DNA of 41,053 nucleotides from a virus (Duplodnaviria; Heunggongvirae; Uroviricota; Caudoviricetes): IMG/VR virus record IMGVR_UViG_2617270962_000012, positions 1 to 41,053 of that record; one strand, 5' to 3'. Shown piece by piece: positions 36,598 to 41,053 of this stretch (position 1 is its first letter; each line of letters starts with the position of its first letter). The notes under the pieces were generated by a model. It saw only the letters and a program-made list of their open reading frames with translations, ran no database searches and was not told where the DNA came from. The position numbers and the translations under genes were made by a program.

Positions 36598-37794
36598 TTA
36601 TGACGCCTGCGGGGTATAAAAAGTCCCGTCGCGCATCATGGCGAACAGAACGTCGCAGCGTCGTCTCGCCAGGGCGATAAGCGCCTGATTGTGTCGTTTT
36701 CCCTGACTCATTTTGCGGGTGTAGTAAGCCCTGGAGAGCGGATCCCTGAGCGCGGCGAAGGCCGACAGGAACAACGCCCGTTTGAGAGCTTTATTACCCC
36801 GTCGCGAGGGATGCTCACCGCGTATTGACGAGCCGGATCGCCGAGTTACCGGCGCAAGGCCAGCATAAGCAGCGAGATGTGCGGCAGAGGCGAAGGCGCG
36901 GCAGGCGACCTCGGTGAGAAGTCTGGCTGCGGTCCTGACACCGACTCCGGGCATACTGGTCAGGACCGGGTAAAGAGGGTGAGCAAGAACTCGTTGTTCT
37001 ACCGCAAGCGCCACCTCGTCTCTTTGCTTACGCAGCGTGATGAGCTGGAGTGCCAGACGTGGCAGTACTACGGCAGCGGCATTCGTGCCGGGAACGACGA
37101 CGGTTTGTTCGGCCAGTGCCTGAGCTATGTCTGCTGCAAGGCGTTTACCCAGACGAGGCGCAAGTTTGCAGAGCTGGGCTGCCAGCTTCTTCTCACCCAG
37201 CGAAGCGAGTTTTTCTGGTGAGGGATATCGCTGGAGAAGATCGAGTACCGCCGGGTGATCAAGTCTCGGACCGAGAACGCGCTCCAGTGCCGGATGTATC
37301 TGGGTCAGAAGGCCGCGGATACGGTTGCTGGCCTGCGTTGTCTGTGCGGCAAGATCATCATCGAAGCCGCAGAGCATGGAGAGTTCGGCGATTTGCTCGT
37401 CAGCCAGTTTCAGCGTGCGTAGCGCGTGAGGCAGGGTACGGGCAGCTTCGGCAATGATGGCAGCGTCACGAGCATCAGTTTTAGCTTCACCGGCGTGTAA
37501 GTCGGCTATGCGGCGCATGGCCAGTCCAGGGAGGTATCCGACAAGGACTCCTTCTGAGCGGGCAACGGCGACAGGTAACGCACCGATGGTAGCTGGCTGA
37601 TCAACAACCAGCAGTATCTGACCATGTTGTTTCAGGTCAGATATTAGCGACCTGAGTTTGTTTTCGTCGTTGGGTAATGCTTTATCGAACAGGCGTTTAC
37701 CTGAACGATTAATGGCTACAGCGTGATGCGTATCTTTATCGACATCAACGCCGATAAAGACCTGGACGGATTCGTAATCGCTGGATTCGGTCAT
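36598..37794 (-). CDS. IS110-family transposase/recombinase
   Basis: N-terminal 'VFIGVDVDKDTHHAVAI' catalytic motif, C-terminal 'SMPGVGVRTAARLLTEV...YAGLAPVTRRSGSS' domain. Confidence 0.85.
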   Translation of the reverse strand: MTESSDYESVQVFIGVDVDKDTHHAVAINRSGKRLFDKALPNDENKLRSLISDLKQHGQILLVVDQPATIGALPVAVARSEGVLVGYLPGLAMRRIADLHAGEAKTDARDAAIIAEAARTLPHALRTLKLADEQIAELSMLCGFDDDLAAQTTQASNRIRGLLTQIHPALERVLGPRLDHPAVLDLLQRYPSPEKLASLGEKKLAAQLCKLAPRLGKRLAADIAQALAEQTVVVPGTNAAAVVLPRLALQLITLRKQRDEVALAVEQRVLAHPLYPVLTSMPGVGVRTAARLLTEVACRAFASAAHLAAYAGLAPVTRRSGSSIRGEHPSRRGNKALKRALFLSAFAALRDPLSRAYYTRKMSQGKRHNQALIALARRRCDVLFAMMRDGTFYTPQAS

Positions 37795-38100
37795 TCTGTC
37801 TCCCTTGTATATGGGTTAACCAGATAACCACGGGGAGCAGGTACCGGCATCCACGTTACAGACGGTCCCGGCAAAAGTGCCTGACCTGACCCCTATTAGC
37901 GGTTACCAGCGCCCCACCAGACCCGGTGACATCACCCCCCGGATCATGGACGACTGGGGGCAGTAATCATGCCGGGTCTGGCTGGCTAACACCCCATTAT
38001 AAGGGGTACGAATAAAGTAACGGGGCCGGCGGAGTTGAAACCGCAGGCACGTCGTATGCAAGAACGTGCTGCGGTTGGCTGGTGAACTTCCGATATTGCG
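37795..38100 (-). ncRNA. candidate bridge-RNA-type ncRNA in the IS110 5' leader
   Basis: ~300 bp ORF-free GC-rich leader with stem-loops such as 'ccgcaggcacg...cgtgctgcgg' and 'cccc atta taa gggg'. Confidence 0.3.
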
Positions 38101-38142
38101 AGTATTGAATGATTTCCAGCCGTTACTGATTTTACGTGCTAA

Positions 38143-38391
38143 TTAGTGAACAAACCACTCGTCAGCAGACTCCCAGGTATCTTTCAGAGTCTCCTGAACA
38201 AAAGTTTTTGCAGAATCCTTATCTGCGGTGTGTGTAACAGAAAGGCCATCGTTGCTGGTGGCTTTTACGATCACCTCTACATCGTCATAACGTTTACTGA
38301 TGCGTCGGGTTAATTCTTCCTTTAACGCATCCACAGCACCGGTTGGCATTTTAGTCATTTTTTCTTTGGCTATGCAGATTTCAATACGCAT
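38143..38391 (-). CDS. DinI-family protein
   Basis: '[10 protein letters not shown]...[16 protein letters not shown]' matches DinI closely; LexA boxes upstream. Confidence 0.8.
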   Translation of the reverse strand: MRIEICIAKEKMTKMPTGAVDALKEELTRRISKRYDDVEVIVKATSNDGLSVTHTADKDSAKTFVQETLKDTWESADEWFVH

Positions 38392-38404
38392 AAAAGTCCC
38401 TCTA

Positions 38405-38452
38405 TACTGTGTTTGTATACAGTATTATTTTTAACTGTATGGATAAACAGTG
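38405..38452 (-). promoter_or_regulatory. two LexA (SOS) boxes in the DinI-like promoter
   Basis: 'taCTGTgtttgtatACAGta' (38405-38424) and 'aaCTGTatggataaACAGtg' (38433-38452), both CTGT-N8-ACAG. Confidence 0.65.
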
Positions 38453-39550
38453 TCAAGAGGTCTTATTTCTGCTCCTTTGGAGCTCTTCAAAACGATTATG
38501 TAAAGATTTCGGATACAGTTCGGTATATACCTGCCATAGCACGTTTAATGAACGATGCCCTGTAACCTGGGCGACTTCCTCAATACTAAAACCAGCCTCA
38601 AATAAGCGACTTGCCCCTTCTCTACGCAAATCATGGTATCGCAGATCTTTAATACCTAATTTGCTTCTTACCCTCTGGAATCCCGCAGTAACAGAAGTGC
38701 TGTTATATGGAAAAATGAATTCTGATTTTTTGGGTTGTCGTTGGACGATATCCCAGGCTTCCCCAAGCAAGGCTACTTTCATATGGTTGCCTTCCTTTTT
38801 ACGTGGATCTTTCCTGTCTCTTACGAGTATGGATTTTTGTTCCTGATCGAGATCCTCCCATCGTAATCGGCATACTTCACCGATTCGCATACATGACCAC
38901 ACAGAAAATTTGAGGATATCAACGAACGGAATTTTTGAGCATTTATGTGTAGATCGTTGTTGAAGACCTTCAATGAGCATGTCCAGTTCATCAGATGCCG
39001 GTCTACGATTACGACGATTTGATTTACCAATTAAACCAAGTTTAAGTAGATATGGACGAGCGGCTTTTGCTGGGTTTGATGTGTAATTAATTCCATATAC
39101 AGGTTTGGCAGCATCCAGAACACTGCCAAGATAACTAACATCGTGGCTAACTGTAGCTGGACCTGCACCAGCGTTGTTTCTTAGCCTGCAATGTTCAATT
39201 ACGTCATTTTCTGTCAGTTCAGATAGTTTGATCGCGGAGATGTCACTATCCATAAGCAGTTCCAGCACATATCTTTTAGTACGGCCTGCTTTACCTCCGG
39301 CATTTGGGTCATTTAAATATTTGTGTAGTAAGTCACGGACTGTAAGTCCGTCAACTGCATTTGATGATGGAATGCCATATAGATCTAATTCCATCACTTT
39401 CTGTGTGCCCCATGTTTTGGCATGAGCATGTTTAGGGAATGTTTTGCTTTCCCTGTAAGTGATAACACCTTTTTCTTTGATAATCACATTACAGCGATAG
39501 CGTGGTGTGCCATCGGATTTTAGTCGTTTCTCTATGTTATAGTACGCCAT
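38453..39550 (-). CDS. tyrosine integrase (dusA-associated type)
   Basis: C-terminal catalytic R...H..LRH...Y region; adjacent to the dusA 5' end. Confidence 0.85.
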   Translation of the reverse strand: MAYYNIEKRLKSDGTPRYRCNVIIKEKGVITYRESKTFPKHAHAKTWGTQKVMELDLYGIPSSNAVDGLTVRDLLHKYLNDPNAGGKAGRTKRYVLELLMDSDISAIKLSELTENDVIEHCRLRNNAGAGPATVSHDVSYLGSVLDAAKPVYGINYTSNPAKAARPYLLKLGLIGKSNRRNRRPASDELDMLIEGLQQRSTHKCSKIPFVDILKFSVWSCMRIGEVCRLRWEDLDQEQKSILVRDRKDPRKKEGNHMKVALLGEAWDIVQRQPKKSEFIFPYNSTSVTAGFQRVRSKLGIKDLRYHDLRREGASRLFEAGFSIEEVAQVTGHRSLNVLWQVYTELYPKSLHNRFEELQRSRNKTS

Positions 39551-39651
39551 TACACGACCTCGTTATTTCGGGTTCCCATAAAACGTGGGAACCTGTGCGG
39601 GAACCTAACGCGAGAAAAATAGCCTGAAATGTTCAAAAATGCACGATAATC

Positions 39652-40677
39652 ATGAAACACAAAAAAATTAATCAAACCAGCGTGATGCCTGAAAAAACTG
39701 GTGTTTACTGGAATTCTCGGTTTAGCATTGCTCCTATGCTCGACTGGACGGACAGACATTGCCGCTATTTCTTGCGTCTGCTTTCCCGCAATACGCTGCT
39801 GTATACCGAAATGGTGACCACAGGGGCGATTATTCACGGTAAAGGTGATTACCTGGCGTACAGTGAAGAAGAACATCCGGTAGCGTTGCAACTCGGCGGT
39901 AGCGATCCGGCGGCGCTGGCGCAGTGTGCGAAGCTGGCAGAAGCGCGCGGATATGATGAGATCAACCTGAATGTCGGCTGCCCGTCTGACCGGGTGCAGA
40001 ACGGCATGTTTGGTGCGTGTCTGATGGGTAATGCGCAGCTGGTTGCCGACTGCGTGAAAGCGATGCGCGATGTGGTGTCGATTCCGGTGACGGTGAAAAC
40101 GCGTATTGGCATCGATGACCAGGACAGCTATGAATTTCTCTGCAATTTCATCAACACCGTTTCCGGCAAAGGCGAGTGTGAGATGTTCATCATCCACGCA
40201 CGTAAAGCCTGGCTTTCGGGGTTAAGCCCGAAAGAAAACCGTGAAATCCCGCCGCTCGATTATCCGCGTGTGTATCAACTGAAGCGTGACTTTCCGCATC
40301 TGACGATGTCGATTAACGGTGGCATCAAGTCGCTGGAAGAAGCTAAAGCGCATTTGCAACATATGGATGGCGTGATGGTCGGGCGCGAGGCGTATCAGAA
40401 TCCGGGTATTCTGGCGGCGGTAGACCGGGAGATCTTTGGTTCCTCGGATACCGATGCCGATCCGGTGGCGGTAGTGCGCGCCATGTATCCGTACATTGAG
40501 CGTGAACTCAGCCAGGGGACGTATCTCGGCCATATTACCCGGCATATGCTGGGCTTGTTCCAGGGTATTCCTGGCGCGCGGCAGTGGCGGCGTTATTTAA
40601 GTGAAAATGCCCATAAAGCGGGTGCTGACATTAACGTGCTGGAACACGCGCTCAAACTGGTGGCGGATAAGCGTTAA
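39652..40677 (+). CDS. dusA: tRNA-dihydrouridine synthase A
   Basis: 341 aa; '[21 protein letters not shown]' and TIM-barrel motifs; followed by pspG as in E. coli. Confidence 0.9.
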   Translation: MKHKKINQTSVMPEKTGVYWNSRFSIAPMLDWTDRHCRYFLRLLSRNTLLYTEMVTTGAIIHGKGDYLAYSEEEHPVALQLGGSDPAALAQCAKLAEARGYDEINLNVGCPSDRVQNGMFGACLMGNAQLVADCVKAMRDVVSIPVTVKTRIGIDDQDSYEFLCNFINTVSGKGECEMFIIHARKAWLSGLSPKENREIPPLDYPRVYQLKRDFPHLTMSINGGIKSLEEAKAHLQHMDGVMVGREAYQNPGILAAVDREIFGSSDTDADPVAVVRAMYPYIERELSQGTYLGHITRHMLGLFQGIPGARQWRRYLSENAHKAGADINVLEHALKLVADKR

Positions 40678-40758
40678 CTTTTCACCAAAAAGTAGTCAAA
40701 TTCACCACGCCCTGCGCACCGTCGCGGGGCGTTTTGCTGTTAAATCAATAGATTATTT

Positions 40759-40776
40759 TTGGCATGATTCTTGTAA
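40759..40776 (+). promoter_or_regulatory. candidate sigma-54 promoter for pspG
   Basis: 'TGGCAT gattc TTGTA' approximates the -24/-12 consensus; located upstream of pspG. Confidence 0.3.
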
Positions 40777-40810
40777 TGCCTGCAAGAGATTTCATATTTG
40801 GGAGAGCATC

Positions 40811-41053
40811 ATGCTGGAACTACTTTTTGTGATTGGCTTTTTTGTCATGTTGATGGTCACCGGCGTTTCGTTGCTGGGCATTATCGCCGCGCTGGTTGTG
40901 GCGACGGCCATTATGTTCCTCGGCGGTATGCTGGCATTGATGATTAAGTTGCTGCCGTGGTTACTACTGGCGATTGCGGTGGTGTGGGTTATTAAGGCGA
41001 TTAAAGCACCAAAAGTGCCGAAATATCAGCGTTATGACCGCTGGCGTTACTAA
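40811..41053 (+). CDS. pspG: phage shock protein G
   Basis: 80-aa hydrophobic protein from ATG with SD 'gggagag'; conserved position downstream of dusA. Confidence 0.8.
   Translation: MLELLFVIGFFVMLMVTGVSLLGIIAALVVATAIMFLGGMLALMIKLLPWLLLAIAVVWVIKAIKAPKVPKYQRYDRWRY

Larger units (their letters stand above)
36565..38140 (-). mobile_element. IS110-family insertion sequence (boundaries approximate)
   Basis: DEDD-type transposase with ~300 bp 5' non-coding leader and short 3' end; GC-rich relative to AT-rich flanks. Confidence 0.6.
1018..39651. mobile_element. integrated mosaic temperate prophage (right end at dusA; left end not resolved, may lie at or beyond the window start)
   Basis: Contiguous phage modules from the excisionase-like gene to the integrase; integrase abuts the dusA start. 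Confidence 0.8.

Noticed and set aside
1-41053. CRISPR arrays, tRNA or rRNA genes
   Set aside because: No regularly spaced short direct repeats with unique spacers and no tRNA-like cloverleaf signatures were seen; the integration target is a protein-coding gene (dusA), not a tRNA.
40601-41053. 150-aa extended ORF for pspG
   Set aside because: The upstream extension runs through the promoter region; the 80-aa hydrophobic protein from the ATG at 40811 with an SD matches PspG size and character.

Overview
The window is almost entirely one integrated, mosaic temperate prophage (about 38.6 kb) of an E. coli-like enterobacterium, inserted at the 5' end of dusA: a tyrosine integrase (38453-39550, -) lies directly upstream of dusA (39652-40677), followed by pspG. 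Gene order, left to right: a toxin-like two-gene module (1-1015) whose membership in the prophage is unresolved; a leftward early operon (PrtN/excisionase-like, DnaQ-like exonuclease, HD hydrolase, hypotheticals); a lambdoid immunity switch (S24 CI repressor, Cro, CII-like); an O-like initiator with internal iterons; PerC-like regulator, LexA-DBD-only protein, RusA, KilA-N antirepressor, DUF968/HNH-like protein; a Q-like antiterminator with a PR'/tR' unit; an orphan DNA methyltransferase; lysis cassette (holin, lambda R-like endolysin, Rz/Rz1); an HK97-type packaging/head module (HNH, TerS, TerL, portal, protease, major capsid); and a Mu-like contractile tail module (sheath, tube, frameshifted chaperone, tape measure, baseplate, tail fiber). 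Accessory cargo worth a second look: (i) an AT-rich reverse-strand two-gene cassette between lysis and packaging genes (14343-15366), the best candidate for an undescribed defence or toxin-immunity system; (ii) an AT-rich self-contained moron inside the tail operon (27853-28383); (iii) a family-3 acyltransferase (likely O-antigen-modifying lysogenic conversion gene); (iv) an IS110-family element with a long structured 5' leader (candidate bridge RNA); (v) a DinI-like gene preceded by two consensus LexA boxes; (vi) a GC-rich structured non-coding block (3510-3995). All calls rest on reading the sequence and ORF translations against remembered family signatures; no database search or computation was run, so family assignments are hypotheses and every coordinate for non-ORF features is approximate.
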